Made by a program: the position numbers and the translations under genes | DNA from: an uncultured Pseudobdellovibrionaceae bacterium | Lineage (GTDB): Bacteria; Bdellovibrionota; Bdellovibrionia; Bdellovibrionales; UBA1609 | Length of the DNA stretch: 64,000 nucleotides | Assembly (NCBI GenBank): GCA_963803705.1 | Contig: CAWDNU010000001.1 | Span: forward strand, 320,001 to 384,000 | Direction of reading: 5' to 3' | Notes under the pieces: model-generated | What the model saw: only the letters and a program-made list of their open reading frames with translations | What the model was told of the DNA's origin: nothing | The model's database searches: none | Part shown: positions 38,491 through 48,004 of the stretch, piece by piece | How the letters are laid out: every line of letters begins with the position of its first letter | Position numbering within the stretch: position 1 is the first letter of the stretch

Positions 38491-38876
38491 ATATCCCATC
38501 CTGTTATTATTCTGGCCATAGAGGCACCTATATCTTCAAAAATAAGCCTTAGTCTGCGCCTTTGGTTGGTTCTTCCATCAATTCTGTAGCGCCGAGGACC
38601 ATGCTTCTTTTTATTTGGTGTAATTACGTACTAGGGCCTGTTGAAAAAGCATCATCTTCGTTGTTGCCTTCGCTTAAATCTCATTCGACGTAGATAAACT
38701 ACGACTCATTCGATTTTAAGCTTGGACGCCTAGAATCTAATACTTTTTCAACAGGCCCACTTGTTAAAAAACACCTCTTCGGATTCGTCAGCTTCGATTT
38801 GATGGATTGCCAAATGTTCTTCGTTATCTTCATCCCAAACAAAGAAATACCAGCGTTTACCTTGAAGCCCAGACAT
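38487..38876 (-). pseudogene. BrnT-family toxin interrupted by the 125-bp MITE
   Basis: With the insert removed: MSGLQGKRWYFFVWDEDNEEHLAIHQIEADESEEVFFNK|YVITPNKKKHGPRRYRIDGRTNQRRRLRLIFEDIGASMARIITGWDI (86 aa). Confidence 0.85.
38634..38758 (-). mobile_element. 125-bp MITE-like element, copy 2
   Basis: Identical (reverse complement) to 21992..22116; ACT direct repeats on both sides. Confidence 0.92.
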
Positions 38877-38894
38877 ATCTAAATGTACCTACTT

Positions 38895-38904
38895 TGTAGC
38901 TACA
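38895..38904. promoter_or_regulatory. Palindromic candidate TA operator
   Basis: TGTAGCTACA 18 bp upstream of the toxin start. Confidence 0.45.
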
Positions 38905-39222
38905 CATCAAGATGTACGTATAGCTCTTAGACATAAGCTATATCCCTAAAACCTTGATTTAAAACAAGTCCATTAAACAAAAAAAATCTAAACGGATTAA
39001 TTCACTTTATCTAGTGCTTTAAAACGAAAAAACCCCGCCATTTATTAATGGGTGGATTTTTTATAAATACACATTAAATCAATGAAGTTTTTTATTTATG
39101 ACAAGTGTTTTGTCCTGCGCCCCTGTGGTGAGACAGTTTTTTGTCCAGATCGCTTAGCCTTACCCTCAGATATTTGGTAGAAACAAACATGGCATTGAGG
39201 ATAAAAGAATGTAAAGAATTAC

Positions 39223-39714
39223 CTATAAATTTACAATCTCACAATCAATTTTCGTAGATCTTCCGCTAATCGATATTTCTCCAGAACTTGCCTTACCATT
39301 AGAAAATGGAACCACTGAAGAAGCGTTATCGCTGCGAACTGGGCTAGATGCATCTTGATCAAATGTGGTTTGATTTAACAATAAAGCAGGAGAGCCTGAC
39401 CAATTATTACTATTTACAATTTGATAATCGTTAACATAGATATGAACTGTTTTTTTATCAAAACTTTGCTCAGCCGAAGTTAAATTTGGAACACTAACTC
39501 TTGCACTTTTACAAGAATCTGAATCGTTACAAACATAAAGAATTACTCTATTGATCGTTTCTTTTGGTAAATTTCCTTCAGTTACCCTTGATGTTTCAAT
39601 GCAACTATAAGTGTCTAATGCTGCGAATGAGTTACTACTGAAAAATATTACATATAGAATTATATTTAATTTTTTTAATTTCATAAAATCTCCTTGTTCA
39701 CATAAGTAAAGCAA
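39223..39714 (-). CDS. Secreted hypothetical protein
   Basis: MKLKKLNIILYVIFFSSNSFA signal peptide after a GGAG RBS; paired Cys. Confidence 0.65.
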   Translation of the reverse strand: MLYLCEQGDFMKLKKLNIILYVIFFSSNSFAALDTYSCIETSRVTEGNLPKETINRVILYVCNDSDSCKSARVSVPNLTSAEQSFDKKTVHIYVNDYQIVNSNNWSGSPALLLNQTTFDQDASSPVRSDNASSVVPFSNGKASSGEISISGRSTKIDCEIVNL

Positions 39715-40069
39715 ATATCATGCTCACTTAAGCAATGCTAATAATGTAGTAAATCGTGTTTAAGCACATTAAAATTGTTTAAGTCGACATTCTCGTGGAC
39801 AATTAACGGCACCGTATACCCTCTCCGCTCTAAAAATTTTCAGGACTAATAATAAAAAAAGATTTAATTTAAACATCCGGTTATTAAAGGCTAGATAACT
39901 TATATGAAAAAGAATTTCACAGCTTTAGACAAATGACTTGGTAGGCTTGAATACCCGAGAATCCGAATGAAGCAAATGTATAACAAATTTAATTTTCAGA
40001 ATTGAATAACTGCTTTATTGAGAATTGTGCATAAAGACATCTTTTAGCTAATTACTTTTAAAAATAAAA

Positions 40070-40231
40070 AAACTGAAGGACTCCGACCAGAGTAGTAAAC
40101 CCGATATATTAAAGTGGGCACCATTATAATCACTTTAGGCTTCTTGACTGAACAAGCTTGCACACCATGACCAGTGACGGCTCCCTTATTATAATCTTGT
40201 AGGGTTTACTTAATCTGCGAGTCCTACAGAA
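40070..40231 (-). ncRNA. ssrS: 6S RNA
   Basis: Rod-like pairing (CTGTAGGACTC/GAGTCCTTCAG; AGTAAACCC/GGGTTTACT) around a central bubble; GGGAGCCG...TGTGCA...GAAGCCT...GGTGCCCAC motifs; upstream extended -10 TGaTATAAT (40238-40246). Confidence 0.8.
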
Positions 40232-40420
40232 GTTTTTATTATATCAAACTTGTAATGTTTGACCATAGCCCTTTGCAACTGATGTCTATTATTGAAACAT
40301 AAAAGGGTTAAAACTGGCCTCAGGTCGCTAACACGCTTCGTATAAGTATAAAATATTATTACCATTACCGATAAAACATCCCTATTTTTTTTCAAAAAAA
40401 CTTGATAAGGTTTCAAAGTT

Positions 40421-41800
40421 ATGTCTCAAAACCAAAATGAATTTAACTTCTCATTTGAAACTGGTGAAATTAAAAACGAAGACGTTAAGGTTTTAACTGT
40501 CTCTGACTTAAATGCAATGATTAAAGGTAATCTTGAATCACAATTTCCCGTCCTTTGGCTAAGAGGTGAGCTATCGAATTTTAAGGCGCATTCATCAGGG
40601 CACCTATACTTTTCACTAAAAGATAAAACCAGTCAGGTTTCTGCAGTTATGTTTCGTGGTTACACTCGACAATTGTCTTTTAAACCTAAAGACGGTCTAG
40701 AAGTTCTTGTTAGGGGAAGGGTTTCTGTTTATGAACCTAGGGGTAGCTACCAGGTCTACGCTGAAAGCATGGAGCCCATGGGAGCCGGCGCCTTGCAAAA
40801 GGCTTATGAAGACTTAAAAGCTAGGCTTAAGACAGAGGGCTTATTTGATCCTGAGCATAAAAAAACTCTACCTTTTTTACCGAAAAAAATAGCTTTAATA
40901 ACAAGTCCCACAGGAGCTGCAGTAAAAGATATGGTACAAGTTTTAGGTCGAAGATTTAAAGCTGCAGAAGTTTTAATATTTCCGGTCTTAACTCAAGGTC
41001 AGGGGTCAGCCGAAAGTCTAATAGCTGCAGTTCAAGCAATGGATCAAATGAATTTCGACGTGGCTATAATTGGCCGCGGTGGTGGTTCGATCGAAGACCT
41101 ATGGAGTTTTAACGATGAACCCTTAGCTAGGGCATTGCATGCTTGCAAAACGCCTATAGTTTCCGCTGTAGGCCACGAAATAGATTTTACGATAAGTGAT
41201 TTTGTTAGTGATATGAGAGCCCCTACGCCGTCTGCTGCTGCAGAGTTAGTCACTAAAAACGTGGATGTTGTCAGAGATAATATTTCGAAATATCAAAGTA
41301 AAATTAGACAACTTTTAGGCTTCAAATTAAAAAACTTATCGTCTCAGCTTCTGATGTTTAAACGAGCTTTAGTTGATCCTAAAAAGCGGTTGGCAGACCT
41401 AAGACTAAAATGTGATGACCTTACAGGTCGAATGCAAGTTCACCAAAACACACTTTTTGGATACAGACAAAAGGAGTTGAATTTGAGAAAAGACAAGTTG
41501 TTCAGAAATAAAGATTTTGTTTTGGTGAAAAAGCAAAAAAATGCCCACTTGATGGAAAAGTTGAAGCCAAGTTTTGTGAATTTATTTGAAAGAAAAAAAG
41601 ACAGATTTTTAAAATCGGTTGAGCTCTTGGACAGCCTAAGCCCGTTAAACGTAATGCACAGGGGTTTTGCCATTGTTCGCAAAGATTCTGATAAAGGTTT
41701 AATTCTGAGCAACGCTGAAAAGATTAAACCAGGCGATAAGATTTGGGTGAAGCTGGCAGCATCAAGCTTCAAAGCCCGGGTAGACGAAATCGAAAATTAG
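40421..41800 (+). CDS. xseA: Exodeoxyribonuclease VII large subunit
   Basis: GELSNFK..SGHLYFSLKD, ITSPTGAAVKD, GRGGGSIEDLW, SAVGHEID. Confidence 0.97.
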   Translation: MSQNQNEFNFSFETGEIKNEDVKVLTVSDLNAMIKGNLESQFPVLWLRGELSNFKAHSSGHLYFSLKDKTSQVSAVMFRGYTRQLSFKPKDGLEVLVRGRVSVYEPRGSYQVYAESMEPMGAGALQKAYEDLKARLKTEGLFDPEHKKTLPFLPKKIALITSPTGAAVKDMVQVLGRRFKAAEVLIFPVLTQGQGSAESLIAAVQAMDQMNFDVAIIGRGGGSIEDLWSFNDEPLARALHACKTPIVSAVGHEIDFTISDFVSDMRAPTPSAAAELVTKNVDVVRDNISKYQSKIRQLLGFKLKNLSSQLLMFKRALVDPKKRLADLRLKCDDLTGRMQVHQNTLFGYRQKELNLRKDKLFRNKDFVLVKKQKNAHLMEKLKPSFVNLFERKKDRFLKSVELLDSLSPLNVMHRGFAIVRKDSDKGLILSNAEKIKPGDKIWVKLAASSFKARVDEIEN

Positions 41801-41845
41801 GAATTAAAAAAAATTGAAAAATATAATGCTATTTTAGGAGCAACC

Positions 41846-42085
41846 ATGTCTGAAAAAAAAGAAAATTCCAAGAATCCATTTGAGTCTAAGTTAACTCGTT
41901 TAGAAGAGATTGTTAAGAATATGGAATCCGGTCAATTAGGCCTAGAAGAGTCTTTAAAGTTATTCGAAGAGGGCGTTAAAATTTCCAGGGACTGCCAAAC
42001 CGAATTAGATGCTGCTGAACAGAAAGTTGAACTTCTAGTGAATTCAGCAACAGGCGAAAAAACTAAGTTCAATTCTGCGGAGTAA
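41846..42085 (+). CDS. xseB: Exodeoxyribonuclease VII small subunit
   Basis: FESKLTRLEEIV..MESG.LGLEESLKLFEEG. Confidence 0.95.
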   Translation: MSEKKENSKNPFESKLTRLEEIVKNMESGQLGLEESLKLFEEGVKISRDCQTELDAAEQKVELLVNSATGEKTKFNSAE

Positions 42086-42090
42086 GAGAA

Positions 42091-43032
42091 GTGTTGAAAA
42101 CAAATTCTGAAATCTCTATTTTAGAGATGTGGAAAGAGGAATCTTATCTTTTCGAGGCTTCTTTAAAAGGTTTATTTGAAAAGAACTGTTTTGGTAATCA
42201 GGTTTTTAAATCTATCCAAAAAAAAGAGCTTACAATGGGTTCTGATCTCTTGCGCGATGCCATTCAGTACTCTTTATTCACTGGTGGAAAAAGATTTAGG
42301 CCAATGCTAACTTATGCTTCTTGCAAAGCCTTGGGACAGGATTTTAGATATGCAATAGATTGGGCAATTGCTGTGGAATGTATACACACTTACTCTTTAA
42401 TTCATGATGATTTGCCATCGATGGATAACGATGATCAGCGCAGAGGTCTGCCAACACTACATAAGAAGTACGACGAAGCCACCGCACTGTTAGCAGGCGA
42501 CGCACTATTCACCGAGGCGTTTAGTGTGTTGGCGAAAGCCTACAGTAAACATGCTAATCTGGCTGGTCTAATTCAGTTGTTGACGTCTCGTTCGGGTTTT
42601 GAAGGTATGGTATCTGGTCAAGCAAATGACTTGTTCTTTACCAGGTCAAATTTAGAAAAAAGCAGTAAGGCTCATACAAAAATTCCATCGCAGGACCAAG
42701 TCTTATATATTCATTTACAAAAAACCGCTGCACTGATTAACGCTTCATGCTTAGGTCCCTTTCTGATTTTTGATCAAAAAAGTGAACTGATTGAAAAGTT
42801 TAGTCATTTCGGTTTAATTTTGGGAATTTTATTTCAGCTAAAAGACGATTTTTTAGACGCAGATGATAAAGCTGAAAATAATATAGTTCAAACCGTAGGT
42901 GCCAGCAAAGCAAAAGACATTTATGATAAATACAAAACCCAAGCCTTAAGCTTAATGTCAAATTTGCCACCAACAATGCATCTAAAACCTTTTCAAGATT
43001 TAATTCAGTACAATGATACTAGGGCACTTTAG
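42091..43032 (+). CDS. ispA: Polyprenyl (farnesyl) diphosphate synthase
   Basis: GGKRFRP, SLIHDDLPSMDNDDQRRG, FQLKDDFLD. Confidence 0.92.
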   Translation: MLKTNSEISILEMWKEESYLFEASLKGLFEKNCFGNQVFKSIQKKELTMGSDLLRDAIQYSLFTGGKRFRPMLTYASCKALGQDFRYAIDWAIAVECIHTYSLIHDDLPSMDNDDQRRGLPTLHKKYDEATALLAGDALFTEAFSVLAKAYSKHANLAGLIQLLTSRSGFEGMVSGQANDLFFTRSNLEKSSKAHTKIPSQDQVLYIHLQKTAALINASCLGPFLIFDQKSELIEKFSHFGLILGILFQLKDDFLDADDKAENNIVQTVGASKAKDIYDKYKTQALSLMSNLPPTMHLKPFQDLIQYNDTRAL

Positions 43033-43036
43033 TTAG

Positions 43037-43804
43037 ATGCGGTTAGATCAGTGGTTAGTGCAAGAACTAAAAGTAAGATCTAGATCCCAAGCTGAAGAGC
43101 TAATTAAAAGGGGCGAAGTCAAAGTTTATAACTTGGGCTTGGGGGCTTGGCTTAAAATATTTAAGCCTTCTTTTAAAATCGATCAAAATATAGATCCAAG
43201 TTTGGTAAAGATAACTTCTGTGCTGCTAGATTATGTTGCCCGTTCAGGTTACAAGTTGGAAAAAGCGGTTGAGCATGTGGGTTTAAAAATTCAGCAACTA
43301 AACTGTCTGGATGTTGGTCAGTCTACTGGAGGTTTTAGTCAATTTCTACTTAATAAAAAAGCTAAATTAGTTGTAGGGGTTGATGTGGGGGTAGGTCAGC
43401 TTGACCCAAAGCTAAGTAGAATTCCTAATTTGATTAGCTTTGAAAATTTAGACTTTCGAGATGCTCATAAAAATAAAGAGTTTTTAGAATATTCCCCTTT
43501 TGATCTGGTGGTTATAGATGTTTCTTTTATTTCGCTTGTCCACATTTTAGAATCTGTACCCGGCTTTCTTACTCTGTCTGGAAAAGTACTTGCATTAGTG
43601 AAGCCTCAGTTCGAGCTTTCAAAAAAAGACTTGGATAAAAGAGGTAGGGTGAAAGATCTAGATAAATACGAAGATGTAGAAATAAAAATCAAAAATTTTA
43701 TTGAAGAAAATAAGAGGCTTAAACTACTAGATTTTTTTCAGTCGGAACTCGAAGGTAAAGATGGTAACAAAGAATTCTTCATTTATTTACAGAAATTAGG
43801 TTAG
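43037..43804 (+). CDS. tlyA: TlyA family rRNA methyltransferase
   Basis: S4 domain MRLD..SRSQA, RSGYKL, LDVGQSTGGF, DVSFISL, LVKPQFE. Confidence 0.93.
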   Translation: MRLDQWLVQELKVRSRSQAEELIKRGEVKVYNLGLGAWLKIFKPSFKIDQNIDPSLVKITSVLLDYVARSGYKLEKAVEHVGLKIQQLNCLDVGQSTGGFSQFLLNKKAKLVVGVDVGVGQLDPKLSRIPNLISFENLDFRDAHKNKEFLEYSPFDLVVIDVSFISLVHILESVPGFLTLSGKVLALVKPQFELSKKDLDKRGRVKDLDKYEDVEIKIKNFIEENKRLKLLDFFQSELEGKDGNKEFFIYLQKLG

Positions 43805-44165
43805 ATTCCTCGCTGACTCTTGTTACAAATTTACGTTATTTTCAAGCCAAGTGCGAACTTCTAATCTTACATCTGAAGCAAAGATGATAATAATTCTACA
43901 TCTTTTATTTTGTCTGAATTAGCACTTTCAAGGTGCTTAGCGCACGAGTTAGCTTTACACTCTAGGCTAAGGAACAGAGTAAAAGTAGGTTAGACAAGCT
44001 ATAAAACATAACTTTTGTATTAGATCTTTCATTTGTATATAGTTGTCCAAAACATATACCACAGTAAGGCTTTTTGAACTAAATCAAATGCTTAACTTTA
44101 TGGTGTCATTTACTTATGAGTTAATACGAACTAAATTAGCTTAATTTATAGCTTAGGGTTTAGAA

Positions 44166-45161
44166 TTGATTTGCGAGGGTAGGATTTTGATGAAAATTTA
44201 TATAGTGATGTTTATAGTTCTGTCCTTGTCAGGCTGTCAGACAGCTGATTTCGGCTTGAAAACTCGAGAACAGATTGAAGACCATGCCAAAAAAGATGAG
44301 GTCCAAGCTCCTGCGGAAACTACCGAAGAAAGCCTTAACGACAAAAAAGTTAATCGGAATAAACTATTCAACACATCAACTGATCAAGAGCAAATTCGTC
44401 CAAAGGTTGGCCTGATTTTGGGACCTGGACTTTCATTTTCAATGGCGCATTTAGGCGTGCTGAAAGCTGTTAACGATCAAAAAATTCCTATTCAATCTGT
44501 TGCTGGAATGGGTTGGTCTAGTCTGATAGCCGCAAATTATGCAATCAATGGCGCCGTAAACGATATGCGTTGGAAGGCTTTCCAAGGTAGCTTTGCAAAT
44601 GCAGTAAGCACTAGCTTTTTAGGGGGAAGTATTAAAGAAACAGGTGACAATGTTTATGGATCCCTGATTAATCAGTACACCCGTGGGCGTTCTCTTGCTC
44701 AGTCGAAGATTCCATTTCTATGCCCGGCCTTACAAGTTAGAAAAGGGCGAGCAGTCATTATAAAATCCGGTAGTTATGCACAAGCTTTAAAGTCTTGTAT
44801 GAAGGTTCCACCTCTTGCTCAGACCGAATCCAGCACTTGGGCTTACTTACTTGAAATTAAAGAATTAGTATTTCAAATGAAGCGTTTGGGTGCCCAAAAA
44901 ATTATCTTTGTGAATGTCTTGCCCCGCGCTGGGATGAATTGGGGTAAACAGGCCTCTGCAATTGATGCTAGAGATCAGCTTTTTTGGGCTCAAGTTATTC
45001 AGGGGCTTAAGCCACAAGATATGGGCGCCGATCATGTTTTAACTTTGTCCATGAACGGACATTTGGCTTTGGATTTTAAAAATGTGAAGCGAATGATAGA
45101 GGTGTCCGAATCAAAGGCTCAAGACTATTTTGCTAAGTTCGCCAGAAAGTATAGTTTTTAG
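44166..45161 (+). CDS. Lipoprotein with a degenerate patatin-like domain
   Basis: LSGC lipobox; KVGLILGPG..MAHLGVL; GMGWS in place of GxSxG. Confidence 0.7.
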   Translation: MICEGRILMKIYIVMFIVLSLSGCQTADFGLKTREQIEDHAKKDEVQAPAETTEESLNDKKVNRNKLFNTSTDQEQIRPKVGLILGPGLSFSMAHLGVLKAVNDQKIPIQSVAGMGWSSLIAANYAINGAVNDMRWKAFQGSFANAVSTSFLGGSIKETGDNVYGSLINQYTRGRSLAQSKIPFLCPALQVRKGRAVIIKSGSYAQALKSCMKVPPLAQTESSTWAYLLEIKELVFQMKRLGAQKIIFVNVLPRAGMNWGKQASAIDARDQLFWAQVIQGLKPQDMGADHVLTLSMNGHLALDFKNVKRMIEVSESKAQDYFAKFARKYSF

Positions 45162-45188
45162 TAAAGGTGATTTGTAGGAAACAAAAAT

Positions 45189-46514
45189 ATGAAAAGTAAT
45201 CCAGAAGCTCTATATAATCTTGAATTTTTTAAAAATAGACGTGACCGATTGGCAGATTTGATGAAGTCGAATGAAGCAATGATTTTATTTTCGACGCCAG
45301 AATATTATAGAAACGGTGATGTGCCACATAACCACCGCCAGGACAGCAGTCTTTTTTATTTAACTGGTTTTGAAGAGCCAGAATCGATATTTATTTTCTG
45401 CCCAGGACAAAAATTCCAAAGCATTCTGTTTGTTCAAAAAAAGGACCCCCTAAAGGAAACGTGGGACGGATTTTTATTTGGGGTTGACGGGGCAAAAGAG
45501 CAGTTTGCTATGGACGCTGCTTATGAAAATAGTAAATTTCAAACCATGGCTTTGGATTTACTCCTTTATGCAGACACTGTTTATACTAACGCAGAGTATG
45601 CAAGCCAGAACGGCTTGAAACTAAATGAAATTTTAAAAAAAGTTCAGCGTAAAAAGGGTCGAAGCGGCTTAGGTTTGATGTCAGTTTCTGACTCTGTAAA
45701 CCTCATGGGACCTTTACGAGTTAAGAAAACCGAAGAGGAGATACAGATATTAAGAAAGTCGTGTCAGATTTCATCAGAGGCTCACAAAGCAATGATGAAG
45801 GCTGTAAGGCCTGGGATCTCTGAAAGAGAGCTACATGGTTTATTTCTTTACGAAATCATGAAACATGGAGCCCAAAGAGAAGGCTATTCTGCAATCGTGG
45901 CATCCGGAACTCATGGAACCACTCTTCACTACAAAACTAATCATGACATATGCCAAGATGGCGAGTTACTTTTGGTGGATGCAGGGGGAGAATACAATTA
46001 TTTAACAGCTGACATAACCCGCACTTACCCTGTAAGCAAAAAGTTTTCTTCAGAGCAAAAAGATTTGTACCAAAGAGTTTTAGACGTTCAAAAAACCATG
46101 ATAGCAGCTGTTAAACCTGGTGCACATTTCAAGTTATTAAATGAAAAAACAATTTCACTGCTAGTAGATCATATGATTGATTTAAAATTGTTTAAGCAGT
46201 CCAAAGATCAGATCATTTCCGAAAGACTTTTTACAAAATATTATCCCCATAGCTTAGGTCATTTTTTGGGAATGGACGTTCATGATGTTGGAGCCTACTT
46301 TAAAGCAGATATGTCAGATCCAATTTCTTTCGAACCAGGAAATGTAATAACCATTGAACCGGGACTTTATATACCTAAAGATGATGAACAAGCCCCACCA
46401 GAACTAAGAGGTTTAGGTGTTCGTATTGAAGACGATATTTTAATCACAGAACAGGCTTTTGAAGTACTGACTCACGACTGTCCGAAAGAAATTTCTGATC
46501 TTGAACAAATGTAA
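45189..46514 (+). CDS. pepP: Xaa-Pro aminopeptidase
   Basis: RQDS..YLTGF.EP, LVDAG..ADITRTYP, HSLGHFLGMDVHD, TIEPGLY, GVRIEDD. Confidence 0.93.
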   Translation: MKSNPEALYNLEFFKNRRDRLADLMKSNEAMILFSTPEYYRNGDVPHNHRQDSSLFYLTGFEEPESIFIFCPGQKFQSILFVQKKDPLKETWDGFLFGVDGAKEQFAMDAAYENSKFQTMALDLLLYADTVYTNAEYASQNGLKLNEILKKVQRKKGRSGLGLMSVSDSVNLMGPLRVKKTEEEIQILRKSCQISSEAHKAMMKAVRPGISERELHGLFLYEIMKHGAQREGYSAIVASGTHGTTLHYKTNHDICQDGELLLVDAGGEYNYLTADITRTYPVSKKFSSEQKDLYQRVLDVQKTMIAAVKPGAHFKLLNEKTISLLVDHMIDLKLFKQSKDQIISERLFTKYYPHSLGHFLGMDVHDVGAYFKADMSDPISFEPGNVITIEPGLYIPKDDEQAPPELRGLGVRIEDDILITEQAFEVLTHDCPKEISDLEQM

Positions 46515-46597
46515 AGTGTTTTAGATCTTGATATAACAAGCTTTGCTCCTGTTACTTATTTATATCCATATCTTAGGTGTTTAGAAGGTTACTTGAT

Positions 46598-47350
46598 CTA
46601 GGCCTCTTCGTTGTAATCAAAATGGATCCACTTGTTTTTTTCGCACATACTCATCATTTCGTTTTCTCTGTCGAACAAAGAGTTTCCCGGATCTACCGAA
46701 CGAACACCCATTTTAAATTTACTAGAAGTATTTAACAAATGAATATCGCTGATAGAGTTTCCCCCACATAATATTGGGGACTTGCCCTTAGTTGCTTCTA
46801 TTATGGCGTCGGCTTTTCCTTTAGTCCAGGTCAGAGGCTTTACTCGATTTGTAGTGATCAAACCATTTTTATCAATTTCTGTTTCTACCCCCAATATGTG
46901 GGATTTTTCAATGCCCAATTCTTTAGCAGCAGGTACGACAGACCAGGACACGGAGGCCGTCACCATATAAACCTCCACATTTTTTTCCTGTAGAAACGAA
47001 ATTAGTTTTTTAGTGCTAGGTATAAGTTTTAGGTCTTTTCTTGTGGTCATGCAGTCTAGAGCATCCTGAATTACGCTGTGAGGTTCACGACCCTCATTGA
47101 TTTCTGCCATCCACCAAAGTGCTTCCTCAACATCTTTAAGTTCGCGCTTGGCGTAGTCATCCCACGTCCATTTTTTTTTATAAATATTTTCGCATTGATG
47201 AAGGAAAACCTCGCGGCCAACATCATTAAACCAACAGGTGCCATCTGCATCAAAGGCAGCGTAATGTGGACCTCTTTGTGTTTTCAGATAATCATTAATA
47301 TCATTTAAAAGTAGATCTAGCTTTGAATCCCAGAAATTTGAAGTGTTCAT
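46598..47350 (-). CDS. HAD-superfamily (IB-like) phosphatase
   Basis: AAFDADGT motif I, VTAS motif II, GK...GNSISD. Confidence 0.8.
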   Translation of the reverse strand: MNTSNFWDSKLDLLLNDINDYLKTQRGPHYAAFDADGTCWFNDVGREVFLHQCENIYKKKWTWDDYAKRELKDVEEALWWMAEINEGREPHSVIQDALDCMTTRKDLKLIPSTKKLISFLQEKNVEVYMVTASVSWSVVPAAKELGIEKSHILGVETEIDKNGLITTNRVKPLTWTKGKADAIIEATKGKSPILCGGNSISDIHLLNTSSKFKMGVRSVDPGNSLFDRENEMMSMCEKNKWIHFDYNEEA

Positions 47351-47432
47351 AAATTTAAAATGACAAAAAAACTTTGTTTGTGACATATAAAAGAGTAATC
47401 GCAGGCACGCGTCATGGTATGCTCAACCTGGA

Positions 47433-47531
47433 ATTTAAAACCCGAGTGCGCGAAAAGCGCTCAGAGTGAAACTTTAAATCCTGGTGCGCGAAAAGCGCTC
47501 AAAGTGAAACTTTAAATCCGAATGCGCGAAG
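47433..47531 (+). repeat. 38-bp tandem repeat, ~2.6 copies
   Basis: TGCGCGAA recurs at 47447, 47485 and 47523; unit contains a GCGC-GAAAA-GCGC hairpin. Confidence 0.85.
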
Positions 47532-47545
47532 CTTTTAAAGGAGCT

Positions 47546-48004
47546 ATGTTGGAATTTGATAAGCTTAGAGTTTTAAGAATCCAAGATAAACAAGATATTA
47601 TAAACTATGAAGCAGCTAGGTCTAAAAGCGACGATGACCCTTTAAGCTTTATGGATACTTGGTCAGCACCTTGGCGCGAAGAATCGCTAGATCATTATTT
47701 AGAATTGGGTTGGTGTATGGGGTATCACTTAAATTCTACCTTAAAATCTTACATACTAGTGCAGCCAATTTTGTTCTTCAGAGGTTTGACCCAGAGTCTT
47801 TGGGTAGAGACTATCCGTTCTGACACAGAGGCCGAATTTTCGACTCTGTTAGAAGCCGTGATTAGAGTGGCTAAGGAAAAACATTTGCAACAGGTGTTTT
47901 TTCATCAAACTCTTTTTCAAGACTGTGAAAGTCAGCTTACAAGCTTTAAGATAGAATCTCTTTCAGAATTTTCATTTGTGAAAACTACAAGGTGGCAAGC
48001 TTGA
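47546..48004 (+). CDS. Hypothetical protein, possibly GNAT-like fold
   Basis: AAGGAG RBS before ATG 47546; overlaps the glpD start. Confidence 0.6.
   Translation: MLEFDKLRVLRIQDKQDIINYEAARSKSDDDPLSFMDTWSAPWREESLDHYLELGWCMGYHLNSTLKSYILVQPILFFRGLTQSLWVETIRSDTEAEFSTLLEAVIRVAKEKHLQQVFFHQTLFQDCESQLTSFKIESLSEFSFVKTTRWQA

Noticed and set aside
43805..44031. Short minus-strand ORF remnant (MKDLIQKLCFIACLTYFYSVP*)
   Set aside because: Multiple stops and no recognisable family.
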